Shown in pieces: positions 10,873 to 25,042 of a stretch of 64,000 nt of DNA. The stretch comes from Spongospora subterranea f. sp. subterranea. Lineage: Eukaryota. How positions within the stretch are numbered: the first letter of the stretch is position 1; each line of letters begins with the position of its first letter. A program made the translations under genes and the position numbers. The stretch spans positions 1 to 64,000 of the forward strand of contig JAUGWO010000018.1 in assembly GCA_049724395.1 (NCBI GenBank). Reading direction: 5' to 3'. The notes under the pieces are model-generated. The model ran no database searches. It was given only the letters and a program-made list of their open reading frames with translations, and was not told where the DNA came from.

Positions 10873-11817
10873 CTAATCGATAAATGAATCATCACCGCCG
10901 GATTCACCAGAACGATTTCTCTGTTTTCGTCTCCAAACTTGAAACGTCTTGAAATCCCATAACTTTTGCTCTAGATAGGTCTGACGGCGATGTTCCGGAA
11001 TAAAATCCCATTGCTTTTGCGATAGACCCAGATAATACCGGATAAGAAACTTTTTCTGTTCGTCGCCGTATTGCCTTCTGCATATAGTAAATACGATAAG
11101 CCAATGACCAACCCAAATCACCAAGAGCAGGAGTGATTTGGGCCATGACAACATTCTGACAGGTAATAGCGTCGCTAGGGTCGGGGCCTGTGTTGAAAAC
11201 CATTCAGCATGATGAACAACCTTATTTATCTCCTCATCGGTGATGGATTCTGCTAGCTTTGGGTCATAATCTCGCTTCTTCTTTCCCTTTTTAGAGACAG
11301 CAACATCAGGTAAACCTCGAACAGCTCGTATACGCTCCTGTACTAGAGGATCATGAACCAATCGCCGACGAAGATCGTTGTACGAAGCGCGCTTAAACAT
11401 GAAGTCACCAAAAGTTAACCCAACAAATATCATGAGCATGACAGTAAGGACAGATTCTTGGCGACCAACGGAACTCTTTTTAATCCATGAATCGGTACTG
11501 AAATAAAACCTTTCCGGATGGTCAAGAAATTCATCGTATTCAATGCGGGTTTTCTCGTCTTTCAATGCTCGATATGCATCAGCAACATCAAGAAATTTCT
11601 GGTCATCGCCTCCAGATGGAGAATCAGGGTGGAAGAGCTGACTCATAGAGTAATACGCTTTTTTTATAGCTGAGCTATCTGCTGTATCCTTCTGTAGTCC
11701 CAGAACTTCATAACACGATTTCCCTCGACAAAACACCCCCACATCAGCTGAACATTGATATAAAATCAGGGCGTATACGAGCATCATTATGACAGAAACA
11801 GATAACTTGATGGACAT
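10873..11817 (-). CDS. Membrane J-domain protein, DNAJC25-like
   Basis: N-terminal signal/TM, J-domain CYEVLGL...FHPD...AYRALKD...YD, two hydrophobic segments, C-terminal YLEQKLW. Intronless 314 aa. Confidence 0.85.
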   Translation of the reverse strand: MSIKLSVSVIMMLVYALILYQCSADVGVFCRGKSCYEVLGLQKDTADSSAIKKAYYSMSQLFHPDSPSGGDDQKFLDVADAYRALKDEKTRIEYDEFLDHPERFYFSTDSWIKKSSVGRQESVLTVMLMIFVGLTFGDFMFKRASYNDLRRRLVHDPLVQERIRAVRGLPDVAVSKKGKKKRDYDPKLAESITDEEINKVVHHAEWFSTQAPTLATLLPVRMLSWPKSLLLLVIWVGHWLIVFTICRRQYGDEQKKFLIRYYLGLSQKQWDFIPEHRRQTYLEQKLWDFKTFQVWRRKQRNRSGESGGDDSFID

Positions 11818-12493
11818 GGCGACAATGACGCAGCGATGAACGGCACCACACTGGGATTAAGGAAAACACTTAGAGGCACAGCGGATGGCCTCTGGTGATC
11901 CTCAGAATGGGTGTGCGACAAAGTCGAGGGTGATGAACAGCAACGGACGATATTAGGGAATGATGTGATTCGAGAGATGAAGTCACAGGAGATAGAGAGA
12001 GAGAGGAGACGACTGTGGAGACTGAAGAGAAAGAGAGAGATGTGAGTGGAAAGACCACAGATGATGACGGGCTGCACTGGCAGTGTTGTAACAGATGGCA
12101 ATTGCAGGGCGCATTTACATGAGGGTGATCCGCTGACCAGCCCAGGATACACTGTTCACATACCGACCACTGAGCTAGGTAGCGCCCCAACTCACGCGTC
12201 AATTTTGATTGTGTACGGATATGCGGAGTGACCAAGGCCGAATGTTCGATAGGGACGGAGTGCCAATCGTTCCTGGCAAAATCCATCGCGAAACCGGGCT
12301 TGCGACATTGGATGGTCAGAAAGCCTGGTTGTGCAACTGGAACGAATCCCAGCACAGGGAAGGCTTAAAATAACAAAGTTGCGATTTGCGCCACAAATTT
12401 TGTCTTTATCTAGTAAATCCAGTGATTTTCGATCTGGAACGTGATGGGGAACGTGGTGCGTTTTGTTCCAGAACTTATTATTACTGAATTGAC

Positions 12494-13267
12494 ATGGTCA
12501 CCTTATGTGAGTTATTGAGTACTCCTGGTCCCCCAACGCGTTTGATATGGTCGTATCTGTCCTGGCAAGATTGTCAGTCGGCCATACATGTCAACCTCAT
12601 CATGAATCGCTCGTATTACATGTCGGCAGAGTCGTTTACTGTTTCTCGTCGTCGTTCATCATCTTCGCCAGCCATATTCCTTCAGAGACTACTTCAAAGG
12701 TTCCAATACCTGATTCGCCTTGATCTGTCATCGGTTAACCTATCCCGGATCTGGCTCGGCGCTGTCCTCAGTCCACCATATCTTCCCTGCCGATTAACTC
12801 TGCAATATCTGAATCTATCAAATACCCAGATAGACGATCTGAGTCCGCTGCCCATGTTCCAGGCTCTTCATCATCTGAAGCTATTCGGCTGTTGTAACAT
12901 TGTAGACTTGAGCCCGTTGGCGTACTGTACCTCGTTAAAATCACTGGATGTGACCGCTGTTCGTGCCATTGCTTTGCCATCGTTATCTCTGCTCAGGTCG
13001 CTACAACATCTAGACATCAGCTATAGTCGCATATCAGATATATGGCCGTTATTGTCGGTGTCAGATTCATTGATCAGTCTCAATATCAGCTCCACATCCA
13101 TAACCGATCTACGACCGTTATCTTCGTGTCGTAGACTTGAACTTCTTGCTCTGTGCGTTTGTGCCGAAACCATAGACTGTGGGCCGTTATCTGGGTGTCA
13201 TTCGCTTCGCCAGGTCAACCTTAATGGAACCTACTCCAAATCCCGTCAGTCAATAGCAACTCGTTAA
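12494..13267 (+). CDS. Leucine-rich repeat protein (possible degenerate F-box at N-terminus)
   Basis: Repeated LxxLxLSxTxIxDLxPL units, 257 aa, intronless. Confidence 0.85.
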   Translation: MVTLCELLSTPGPPTRLIWSYLSWQDCQSAIHVNLIMNRSYYMSAESFTVSRRRSSSSPAIFLQRLLQRFQYLIRLDLSSVNLSRIWLGAVLSPPYLPCRLTLQYLNLSNTQIDDLSPLPMFQALHHLKLFGCCNIVDLSPLAYCTSLKSLDVTAVRAIALPSLSLLRSLQHLDISYSRISDIWPLLSVSDSLISLNISSTSITDLRPLSSCRRLELLALCVCAETIDCGPLSGCHSLRQVNLNGTYSKSRQSIATR

Positions 13268-13385
13268 TCCCCAAATCCAACTCGTTTGATCAGTCCCAAC
13301 GAACGTCAGATCTGCAGTTGTGCACTCTAGGAAGTGCCGAAGAAATTAAACTGACCCGCAATCCATAAACATTCATTTGCACGTG

Positions 13386-16300
13386 CTAATGTTTTATTCG
13401 TTGTCGTCTCCTTCCGTTCCGTTTTCTTTTCTGGACTGGAGTTGCCTGGCTGAATGGCCACAACGTGGTGCTCATGCCGTCTCCATTGTTGTTGGTGGCT
13501 GGAATGTCATGTTTTGGTGATGGCAGTGCGATATAGGAGGTATAGTACATGGGTTCTAATATATCGCGAGTGATTGATGGCGAAGCACGTTGATCCCCAG
13601 CACTCGCTTCCCGACTCGCCGCATCATGTCTGCCCTGTAGCGATCTCGTACGACTGTTGTATTCTGATAAACGTATAATTCCATGTAGATCTGGTTCAGC
13701 GCCTTTTCCACTCTCCGTTTCGTCATCGTTTGCGTTATTCCACTGCATAACAGAGGTTTTGGCATTTTGTAAAGCCTCCATTAATGCAGAGAGTTTATCT
13801 CGAACCTGGATGACCCGGTTGATATCGTGATGATATAGAGATAGCTGCTGACTAATATTCAAATCAGCTACCATGGCCAGCTCGTCGGCCTTCTCTAGTT
13901 CCCTCTCCGATTGGATTATGTCATAAATCTCTCTAACGCTGTTGTTATCGAGTCGTGATATATCGCATGATGATAACATATCACAGCACGAACGTGAATC
14001 GCAATTGTGATCCGCATCAATCTCTTGACCAGTTAACAGAGATATCCGAAGCCTCAACTCTCTCTTCTTGCCATTCCGCAAACTCTGCCTCAACAGCTTG
14101 TCGTCTGATAGCGCCTGGTTCAACAACTGGTCAAGGCATATGCTTGCCTTTTCCGATCCGGACGACGATGGTGGTTTCACAATATTCTGCTGAAATGCAG
14201 CTTCAGCACGTCGCTCTATTTCTTCGACAATTGACTCTTTATCTTCGCCATCCCACGCACCCTCGGATGTCCTCAAAGACGATCTTGCCTCTGCTATCAA
14301 CCGATCCAAATTTTTCTCTTCCTTATCAATCCACGCCATCTCTATACTACTGATCCAAGACGCCACGATCACTTCATATTTATCGGTTTCTTCGGCCTCG
14401 GCTCTGATTAGTTCTTCGTAACTTTGTCCTATTGTCTGAATATATTTGGTATGTCTGTCACTAATGTTGGCGACCCAATCAGGATCAGGGATACTGTTAT
14501 CCACCTGTGATATGTCATGATCTCCAACAGGCCGATCCGTTTCTGTCTTTCTCTCAAGATGATACGGTTGAGATAGCATTTTTGGTGATAGTCTATTTTC
14601 GTGTGCCCATAGCTTCCACTCCGCCTTGCTCTCTTCCAATTGCAACATATCCATTTCTCGCTTCCTGTTCCGAGCCACCATCTCCTGATATTTGACCTCC
14701 TTCATCAAGTTATGAATAGCGCCGTGCTCAGCTGCAATTTCCGCCTGTATCCTTTCATTCTCTGCCCTGGTTCGCTCGTAGAATTGCTGTTCCCGTAACT
14801 CGGCGTCTCTCGCCTCTACCCACATCTTCTCCTTCTTCAACCATTTCTGATTATGCCCCCTCACTACCGCCATCATATTTCCTAACGACCTTTCATCATA
14901 ATGTGAGGCAAGCACAATAACATCTGATGGAGATACACCCCATCTTGTTTCCTCAAATATCATCAATATGGCATCATACATATTCTCAGGAAGACTCCCA
15001 TTTGCTTCACCATGGCTTTTTTGGGCCTTTTCCCATGCCCATGCAGTCAGGTGCTTCGCCTTGTTATATTCATCCAAGCAATCTTGTCCTTTTCGCCAAG
15101 TTATCGCACTGTATCCAATTGCCCGAACTCTTTCACAACTATCTAGGAATTGCGAAAAGTCGATTAAGTTAGACTGAGTTAGCGATGGGATGGGGCCAGC
15201 AGGTAGTCGCCCGTCTAGTAGTCTATATATAGCCATCGCATCATGATAATCAGTATTGCTGGAACAGGGTGATATCAATGACTGGTCAATCACGAATCCT
15301 GTTATGGAACGTATGGTCCAAGCTGACGAGTGGGACGATGTTGAGATAGATGTCGCCTCCTCAAGGCTAATTGCGATCATTTGTTGCTCCATGTGTAGTA
15401 TTAAGTCGATACCAGGTACAACGTGAACTCTATCCATATTGAACGTTGGATTGGACAGTAATGACGTGGATATTGATAATTGAGGTGTTGCCCATGGGTA
15501 TCCATGACCGTATATTGAAATTCTGGATAAGGGATAGTGTGAGATCAACGGAACAGGATCAGACTTAGATTCTGCAGATAGCTCTGAGATGTACAGGTTA
15601 GGCAGCTGCTGGGAGCGATCAGATGAGGAAATTCCTGGGACCAGGATCGGTTCAGGAGCTTTATACATCACTATTGGAAGGGCGGGCTGGTGAGATGATC
15701 GCCATTCCATATATTCGGTCAGTTCGGCTGCACTAATGCGATAATTCCCAGCAGTCACTGATTTATCTCGAACAGATGCGGGCAGCAAATGATGAGTAAT
15801 ATGCTCCATATCAGATGATGACAGCGTTACGTATATATGAGCTGCACTGTGCTCGGACAATCGGTCAACGATACGTTCCAAATCTGACAGCGATGATCGT
15901 ATATCCAACACGACTGTCACTCCTACGGTATCGTCGGTATTGGTGAGCAATATATCTATTGCCCCAATGTTATTGATATACACCAGATCTGGTATATGCG
16001 ATGATAGAATGTCGTAGTACTGTGGGCTACATGAGCAAGAGACGGACGCGGAAAATGGAAACATCCTCTCTCTAAGCAGCTTCCCTGATACCGCATCATT
16101 GTATCCAATATCGCTAATTCTTCGGCTGTTGCTCTGGTGATTATACTCCAGAACGTATTCCCTGAATCTGTTTACTGTAATCTCTGACCTCTGCTTTGAA
16201 ATATCTACAACCACCTGTTGACAGCCCGTGCGATTACGATGCGATAGTGGCCCAGAAAATATACTGGATAAACAATGATCTCGCCTCATATCAACCCGCT

Positions 16301-19300
16301 CGATATAGGATGATATGTTATTGCGAGTTATTCCTGATGTATAGTGTATACGATATATATCAGCGTTGCGGTAAGTGGCACCAGCACTCTCGGTAATTGC
16401 ATTATGACAAGAAGACAGTAATGTCGTTATATCTGGAGCAATTGCGGATATTTGCATTGGTATATGACAAGATGATAGTAATAATACTTGATTGATATCC
16501 TGCTGACCATCGTATCCTAAATAGTGATAGGAGAATAATGTCAGAATAACGGTCACTTCTGGCGAGCTGAACATCAAATCAGCAGAGTCCAGGGCTGACG
16601 TTGGCCAAAAGCAAGGAATAGCGATTGCAGAAGGTATCGGGCTACTGGATAAGAAGAAATGAGGCTTCGTCGGACCGAGTATATAATCATGGTCGTATCT
16701 CATATGCCAGCATTTCGGAAGGTGATGGTGGACAATGTCGTGTAAAAACAATAATCGAGGGTTATCTAATCTCTCATCAGCTATATCATCTCTGTTCAAT
16801 ATATACCTCATCATATTCTTGTCCATATCAGTGCAGTTAGCTGTGATTTCATTTGCGTGCATCTCAAGCAGATGTTCGACCAAGTATGGTCGGATAGAAT
16901 CGTGATAGAAAGTATCATTGTCAAGGATAAGTTGTTCGGGGCCTTTCTCAGGATGTGAGACAGCTGGAGATGTGAATATGGATAGCTTGGATATACCGTG
17001 CGATATCAGCTGATGAAGTATGGAACTAAGGCTAGGTTTGGCGACAGCACTAGAACTTCTACTTTTTCTACTGTATGACAGTATCGGTTGAACAAGATGC
17101 CGTATCAAACTGATATTCCATTGCGACAAGCGATGATAACTGGACGATGATGGGCGAGTGCAACATGACACTGGAATGTATTCTTCGTATACGACGGCGT
17201 CATAATCTTCGATGACGACATTGGTCTGACTTGGTAGATGCAACTCGCCTGATGATAACCCTATAGATAGCAATGATGATGTCGTGATAACGCAATGATT
17301 TTGAGACAGATGACGATTTGCGTCCGGTATATCATCCGTTGATCCCATCGTGAATACACCAGTAAAGATTAGGCGAGGCATGTGCAAACGGGAAGAATGA
17401 ACTAAAAGGATGCCAGGGAGCAGAAGAGATACCAAGTGCGATGAACTAGCGACCAATAATTTAGGCAAACATGATTGTGATGCTGCAGTACCCACTTGGA
17501 TAAAAACGTCGTGGTGGTATTGGTTATCGGAATTCGGAGTTACTATAGATGAGAGATATTGGATGTAATCAGATCCAAGATTATATTCTGATAAAAGTAG
17601 GCGTCTTGATATTGCGTGTGATGGCGACCAAGATGATATATTCGGTCGAGAAACACAGATGATAGGTAGCAGATCTGTGCACAATTGCATGATTGATTCT
17701 AACCGGGCTAAGTTATTATCATTTGAGTTGTATTCGGCAGAGCATAAATATCGATCAATAAGTTTAACCGCACGAAGAGCGATTGCGTCCCGACAATCAA
17801 CTAACAGAGAAAAACTGGTATCCTGGGTCGATAACTTTGCTCTGATTGCAGCATTTGCGAGTAAAACGTCCACCACGTCTTTCCTGATAATTTCTAGTAC
17901 GTTGCCATTTGTGACAGTTTTACGAAGGGTGCCACCATCCATGTCTAAACCCTTGTTCACGCTTTCACCATTATCGTCATCATATACAACCTGATTTATC
18001 CGATCCTCTTCTTCCAATTCGTTTATGCTAATTAGCGCGAGGATGCTCATTGATAAGTCCAATTTCACCGTATTTAGTTTGGATATCACAGCTGCCATCG
18101 GGTCGTATATAAGCTGTTCTAAATCAGGTTCTTTCAGTTCTTCGCTTAGTGTTAATGATTTGCTGATGGAAATTAGATCATCACCTTGTCTGGAGACATT
18201 CTGAACGGGCTGTTGAATAGTACTACGAGATATCGACACCAGCTGATCATATCCTCGCGGACTGTAATTATTGCTAGAACATGAAATGTAATTATGAGAT
18301 AGCGACTTCAATAACAGTCTTATTGCTTGCGTTCGCTGCTCCGACACAGAATGCGACGACAATATTTGGATGTACGGTAGTATGCTGGGATAACGATCAG
18401 GGCGGACCGCTCGTATCCACTGTCGATATTTAGTCTGTAGTTTGATGGAGGATAGACAGTACGCCAACGCCGGCCCAATATTGATTCCCTGGTGATGGAT
18501 ATCGATAATGATTGATCCATAAGCTATATCGTATAGTAGCATAAGCATGTTGAGGTTATTCGGGGGCTCCTCCCATAAGCACTGCATTAGATGCACTGCA
18601 TCATCCCCATAATACGCACACGATAAAGGGCTGCCTTCATATTCTGGAGATGTAAATGGATTAGGACGCCTATATACTGGAAGCTCTTGCCCCAGACTGA
18701 TATCTATTGACTGCGATAAGTCATGGTCGGACTCAGAGACCATGGAATCTTTAGCATGCATTACTGGGTATCGTAATCGGCATGCCACTGGATGCGTGTC
18801 TGCGTTACCCAGCAGATATTGATGCAGATAGGATATCCTGTTACCAGCTGATGTATACGGAGACGACTGTGCTATGCTCAGCTCTTGATCGATAGAAAGT
18901 AGTAACGATGGAGATATGCGGTTGAGCTCATTCAGATATACTTCGTATTCGTGATGAATGTCCCATGGGACCTCGCTAAAAGGTAGATGCAGACGAACCG
19001 CAACAAGGTCGGGGTCACCAGAAGGCATCGCAGAGGACGCTGAGGATGGAGAGATCGGGATAAATGCATCACCGCCTACGGTATCCTGATGGGAGCTTGA
19101 TAATTGACAAATGTGCTTCAGCGCCAATGTGTAATGGAATGATGAAATCAACGAGATAATGAGGGATATGTTTGAGATTGTGTCCTGGGGCAAGGGGAAG
19201 GGGTGGTCCGCTGTTGACAATGGTAAAGAAAGACAGATGACTTGGTTTTTACCGAATAAAGGCAGCAAAATGTGGGTTGGACGATGAATTATAGGTGGAT

Positions 19301-22300
19301 CCATATTTCGACCTAAAACGTTGCTAGGGGTAAAATCGGTTAAGAGAAGATGAGGTCCATATTGCTCTCGATATAGCATAGGAGACAATGATAGGGTTTT
19401 GTGATGACCACAATAGAGTTTGCCGTTGCGATATATCAGGTTTGTGTCCAATGACGGAAACTGGATTGACACGATATCAGTCCAATCATCGTTGGACGCA
19501 TGATTGGGTTGGGGACATGTCCATATCAGATATAGGTTAGTTTCGCCATCTACCAAATTATGGCAGGATCTGATCTCATGATATTCAACGCATTCACCGT
19601 AAACACACGACAATCTGCAATACCGTCTTCGATCAGACAAGTTGCTATCCCCTGTCTCATATCCGCTCAAAGATGATGGTAATAGACCTGCTTTCTTCTG
19701 GGCTTGGCGTATGCGACGGGTCGGGATGCAGCCGTTCAAATCAAGAGTGCTGACCCATAATGACAATGAGGATGGGGATAATTGATATAATATATCAGGA
19801 TGGTGAGCTTCAGTAGGGCCTGCCGGCGACAAGGATAAATGATCGACCTTATATAGATGGCCAATGCAATCATTGCTGCTATAGGTAATATATAATAATA
19901 ACGACGATGATCGGTGGAGATTAGAAGTTGTAATCCGTATTGATTGTTGCTCGTCGAACGGATATGGGTCTGATCGCCACCAATCATGATATTCATGACG
20001 TAATGACCATGGCAAAGCTCCGATCATCATTCGATGACTATACAATATGTCAGTAAGGCCATCCGATCGCATTCGACTGATTCGTATCTCCTGCAGCGGC
20101 CGATGTATAACGGTAGATGACCGGTATATCCAGGATAATGGTGATGACGACATGTATGAACGATGAGGTAGGGAATTTACAGGATGGAAAAGAAGATATG
20201 GTCCTGAGCGATATAGATAATAAGATGCGACCAGGGTTTGGGTGGATCTGTCAATGATGATCTCTGCAACACGGTAAGGTATTGAGGACGGTAGTGATGA
20301 AGCGCCTAACCCTTCTACTAATAACCGAATATGGCGATCATGTTGTTTGACTGATAACGACGAGGGTGGAGTTGGTAATTTAATCTTGGTCGTACTGCCC
20401 AATATCTGAGCCCAATGCTCCCCTAGTTCCGATCGAAATATACGCTGTAGGATAGGTGTCACCCAATGTTGCTCATCATCATCTAATGCATCTCCCCCAT
20501 TATATCTCTTATCAACATATGCATTAACGTATTCCTCATCTGACACATTGCTCTTACCTTTTCCTGTAGACGAAATCTGATTGATAAAAATAGATGAGCG
20601 ATATAGTCGAATATCTCTCCCATTCGACAGCACGATGCCAAATTTTCTATCGCGTTCCGAGGATATCAACTGCACAAGATCAGGATGACAGGCGATATCG
20701 GTAGGTAGAAGTATCAGACGGGATCTTGGCATCCAGACCAGACCCAATCGCATATTCACCAAAACTTTGATATGACGATCGGAAAACTGGTAGACATAAT
20801 CCGGTTTTCCGTCGACCTTTATCCAACGAGAAGAGGTGGAGAGCTCGTCTTCCCCTTTCTCCCTGCTTTGCTTGGCACGTTGGTTTTTCACCAATGATAA
20901 CGCATCGTCAGAGGATTCATAAAAAATGACATGTGCACGATCCCATCCAAAATTGAATCGAATCGGGAACGCGGCTTAGATTTGACCAAGGCGTTGATTT
21001 GAGTGATGGAGAGTATGTAATATAGGGCGTCGTAGATATAATTGGAATGAGAATGAAGTTGATCAGCATAGACAATAGCCGAGACTGATCCGATAAGCTG
21101 AACAGGATTAGTGGGTTTGGTCTGGATAATGATATAGGACAATACTGAGGAAGAAATGAGATGGTGATGATGGCCTGAATTGAGATTTGTGATGAGGTGG
21201 TTATTGGATAGTTCCCTCAGGGTCGTCATGGAGAGGACCAGATCGGACGAGGGCAGCGATGAGGAATAGGTCTGAAGAGAGGATAGCAGACGGGATATGT
21301 AGACGAGGGACTGGAGAACTGAGTCATGGGCGATGGAGCACGGATGCGATGGGGGAACGGAACCGATAACGGATAGATACGAGTTGATCATGATGAGTAT
21401 TGTGGGCAGTACACGATGAAGATGGTATGATATGCGGGAGTTGACGTGAAAGGCAGAGCGCCATAACAAATCACAATGGGAGATAGTGGTGAAGACAGAT
21501 ACGGGCGTGGATTGAGTCGAGAGCCAGTCAACGAGAATGGGAAGCGATAATGAGGATAATGATGGGGTGGAGACATGATGGAAACCGACGTTGATATGGG
21601 CCAAATTGGGATCGCGAAATATGGGATATTGATAATCGCCTGATAATCGCCATGATATGTTCAGGGATAACAACCGCCATGATGGGTATTGGGCATATAT
21701 GGGATCGCGATGGGAATGAAGGTCGGAACGGATCAATAGGACGACGGCGGTGACGAAATCAAACGGGAGAGACCACGAGGATGATGGCAAGGTTTTGGTT
21801 TCCACACCGATCCCTTCCTGATCCCATCTCGGATGCAGCTCGCAATTCGGATTGGATATGATTTCCAGGGATTGGCGCCATCGTTGATATACAGCATGGT
21901 CAGGGATAATCATCTGATCGGACGTCACCATACCAGCTGGGATATGAACAGGATCGTCAACGATTTGATTGAGGATGGCGATAAGGCATGTTAACGTGAC
22001 GATATGTGTCGAGTCGTTATTGTCGTATGTCGACAGAGCAAACGACGACATGTAGTACGTCGTTGCTGTCTGCAGGTCGTCGATGGGATTGACCGATATG
22101 ATGGAGGAGCGCCATGATTCCGACGGCGACAACAGAGGGATATGTCGTAGAATCATGTGCCGATACAATGCCACGATGAAGGAGGCGGTTGGACAGTCGA
22201 TACGGGTCCTATCAGACACGATCGACTGGATCAACGACCGATACGAAGACACGAGGGCCGACAGCTGCGACAGATCTGCACATGGCGCCGACAATATCGG

Positions 22301-23440
22301 ATCGACATCGTAATCGGCTATAATCTCAGCCAGTAATAATGGCTGTCCAATGGCCAATCCTGATATATTCTCCTGATCCAGATTGATTCCTGTCGTGAAC
22401 AGGTTCGTCAAGGGGTTATATCTAATACCGTTTTCGAGCGCCGAGGGAATCGGCTTTATAATCGTCTGTCGATCCGATATCCGTTTGAGATGTGATTCGA
22501 TGGTCATCACGATTTTGGGTCTGGCCGAGCTCATCCATCGACATGCTAATCGTAAATTGCACTTGTCCTTGCTGGACAAAACCAGCGAATTATCAGTTAA
22601 TTCCTTGGCAGATTTCTCCAACAGTGCCACCCGACAGCGTCTGAATGTTTTTTTACACTCGGTTCGATCGCCACCAGATCTTATGATCATGTGCTCAAGA
22701 GCGGCTTTGATACATAACCCGCTGGCCCGGCGATAATAGATCGCCTTGCTGACGTTATCGTAGCCGACAAGTTGGGGAATGATTCCCTCATACAATAGAG
22801 TGATGTTGTCCTGTTCGCCAGGGGAGCAGATCATCATCATGAAGAGGCACACCCATGGCCCTGGGTTCATCAATAACGATGGACCGATACCGTCCCAGGT
22901 CAACGATGTTCCGAATCTAGAATACAATGTTGAGTGGTCGGATCGAGAGATTGGGTCCGATACGAGATCCCTCACTTGATTTTGGGATGATGATCGAGAT
23001 TGCATGGATGGTATGCCATAACCCCATTATCCTGATCGGTGTTGGTCAGGGTGAACGAATACCCATCAGCTGTGCGGGAGATGGCGATCATGATGGAGAT
23101 GTGGCCGCATCCGCAAGGGATCATTTCCCAATCGCCAAAGGCCATCGACGATAGACGGGAGTGGATCCCGTCTATTATCGGCACCAGATCTCCCACAGAT
23201 TTGGCCACGATCAGGGATTTGTACGTGAACGAGCATCGGTTCAAGAGCTCAACATCAATCGTTCCGCTGTTGGAAGACTCGATGATGTCCTCAACAATAT
23301 CTGAGAAAGAATCAAGTGGCTGATCAACAATTCCATGAAACAAGCTCGTAAACAGCGTCGTTGTCCACGTGGGTAAATGCGACATGGGGTTTGGTAGTTC
23401 CAATACTTTTCTTAAGGCGACTTCATTTCCAGTTCGACCA
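13386..23440 (-). CDS. Giant (~3300 aa) divergent DUF3638/DUF3645-family-like protein, joining ORFs 22972-23403, 20888-23005 and 13386-20894
   Basis: 59-nt GT-AG intron 22917-22975 joins HPKIK to FGTSL in frame. A second frame change lies at ~20890-20975. Motif-like blocks VFIQVGTAAS (~17480-17507), VVIEDYD (~17200-17220) and AIAIPCFWP...FSSPEVTVILTLFSYHYLG (~16516-16630) resemble DUF3638/DUF3645 by recall. The 5' end is uncertain. Confidence 0.65.
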
Positions 23441-23610
23441 GATTCCGCCCATATTTTTATAGATTCTCATGTGGTTCGCTCTGTACGCTACCCTTCCTGA
23501 TCAGATTCATTTAGAGTACCAACGTATAGAGGGTCATCATCAAGGTTGTTGTATTATCGACTCCAGAATTGTATAGAGAAGGTAGAGGCTGAATTCCTTG
23601 AAGAGCGCTA

Positions 23611-25042
23611 TCAATCGCCACCGGATCCGCGAGAAGAGCTATCGCGCGCTCCCCCTTTATTCGTCATTGCGTCATCGATCATTCGCCACAGAACGCTGAA
23701 CATCAGTCCCTGATGAACCGGGTTACTCACGTTGATCATGATAATGTGTGTGAAAAATTACCTGTAGACCGTTCGCGAGGATTCGAGTCTTCAATCCTCG
23801 ACCAAACAGTCCTGGAGGCAATTAATTAGTTCCGAGAAACACAGAAAAGCAAGTGAATCTCACCCATTAAGCCATCTTTCTCCACCACTTTCGCAACGGC
23901 CTCAGGATACGTGATTGGTGTCTCAAAGGTTTGCTTGGTCGTCTTGACAACCCGGGCTGAATTCGAGAGTGTGTCGGAAACGACCGATGCGGAAAATCCC
24001 ATCACAGCCTGGAACAGACAATCAGTTATTCGGACGCTGATGCGGTTGTTTCTTGTTATACCGATCGGACGAGCTTCTCCTTGAAATCTCGTGATTTAGG
24101 TAGATGAGCATCCAACAGATTGTAACTAGAAAACAATCAGCCATCGCGTTTTGACAAGAATGAGAAATCATACGTTGTAAACCAAGGAAGGTGACCGATC
24201 TGTTAAAGGTATCAATGAATACAATGTATATAAGACGGGCGAAATTGCCTACCAAGGTCGCTCCTGATGCCGCCAGCGCACCATGGAAAAACACGGGAAC
24301 TCTGAGTCATACTCAAATCAATTGTTAACCAAAACAGTGAAGATAACAGCGTTGACCCTCCAACTTGGTACTTCTTCATCAGGTTGGGAATCCCCTTTGA
24401 ACCGTCAACTTGCATCTATGGCTGTGATCAGCCCCAAATGGAGCTAAGCGGTCGGCACAAACTTACAGAGGTCTTGATCGTATCGACTAGTTAACACATC
24501 AAGTTAGTTATGACAGCGAATGGAATATTTGAATATAGCGGTTTACTTGGCATAAGGATGATGCGCCATGTGGCGGCTGCAGAACTCGCCAAAAAGGTCT
24601 TCACTCCGATCGGCAGATCAACAGTTGCTTTGTTGGAGTTTAAGTACATCAAAACCCCTGAATTCGCCGCAGTGTCGCCAAACCTTGATAAAGGTCCTGT
24701 TCAACAATCGACGACATCAGTAAATTGTTTCCGTGGCAAGGAAGAAGCACTGAAACCTTGGGCTAACGCCGGAAGAAGCCCTTTATACAATCTTGGAATT
24801 CCGCCCTCTTTGTACAGGAATTTCAGCGCTTGCGTCGTCGTTGTACCATTGCGGTATTGATAGTTCATTACGGTACGAAGCCACATCAGCGAGCAAACCT
24901 GGATCCCCATGGCCGCGGCGCCAGCCGTACCGCCCCCCAGTGCCCTGATCGCCGACTTGTAGAGCAAACTCGTTCCCGTCGGCTCCGTTTTCGGAGCAAT
25001 CGATTCCACCGGCTTGGGCGAGGCAGCTTCTGATGCCGTCAT
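23611..25042 (-). CDS. Mitochondrial carrier (SLC25) family protein, multi-exon
   Basis: ALGGGTAGAAAM...WLRTVMNYQYR...GGIPRLYKGLLPAL, PLSRFGDTAAN, FFHGALAASGATLVG, GRGLKTRILANGLQ, GLMFSVLWR. Stop at 23611. Confidence 0.9.

Noticed and set aside
20915..20930. Programmed -1 ribosomal frameshift at TTTTTTA (minus strand) in the giant gene
   Set aside because: The heptamer is not in X_XXY_YYZ phase with the upstream frame (it reads TCA TTT TTT ATG). A homopolymer error or a weak intron is more parsimonious given other indels in the window.
13386..23440. Endogenous giant-virus or RNA-virus polyprotein
   Set aside because: No polymerase, capsid or protease motifs were seen; it has a host-type intron and fits a cellular DUF3638-like family better.
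23422..23452. N-myristoylation start MGGIWS for the giant gene
   Set aside because: It is out of frame with the downstream ORF and stops after nine codons; it would need another indel, so it is unsupported without reads.
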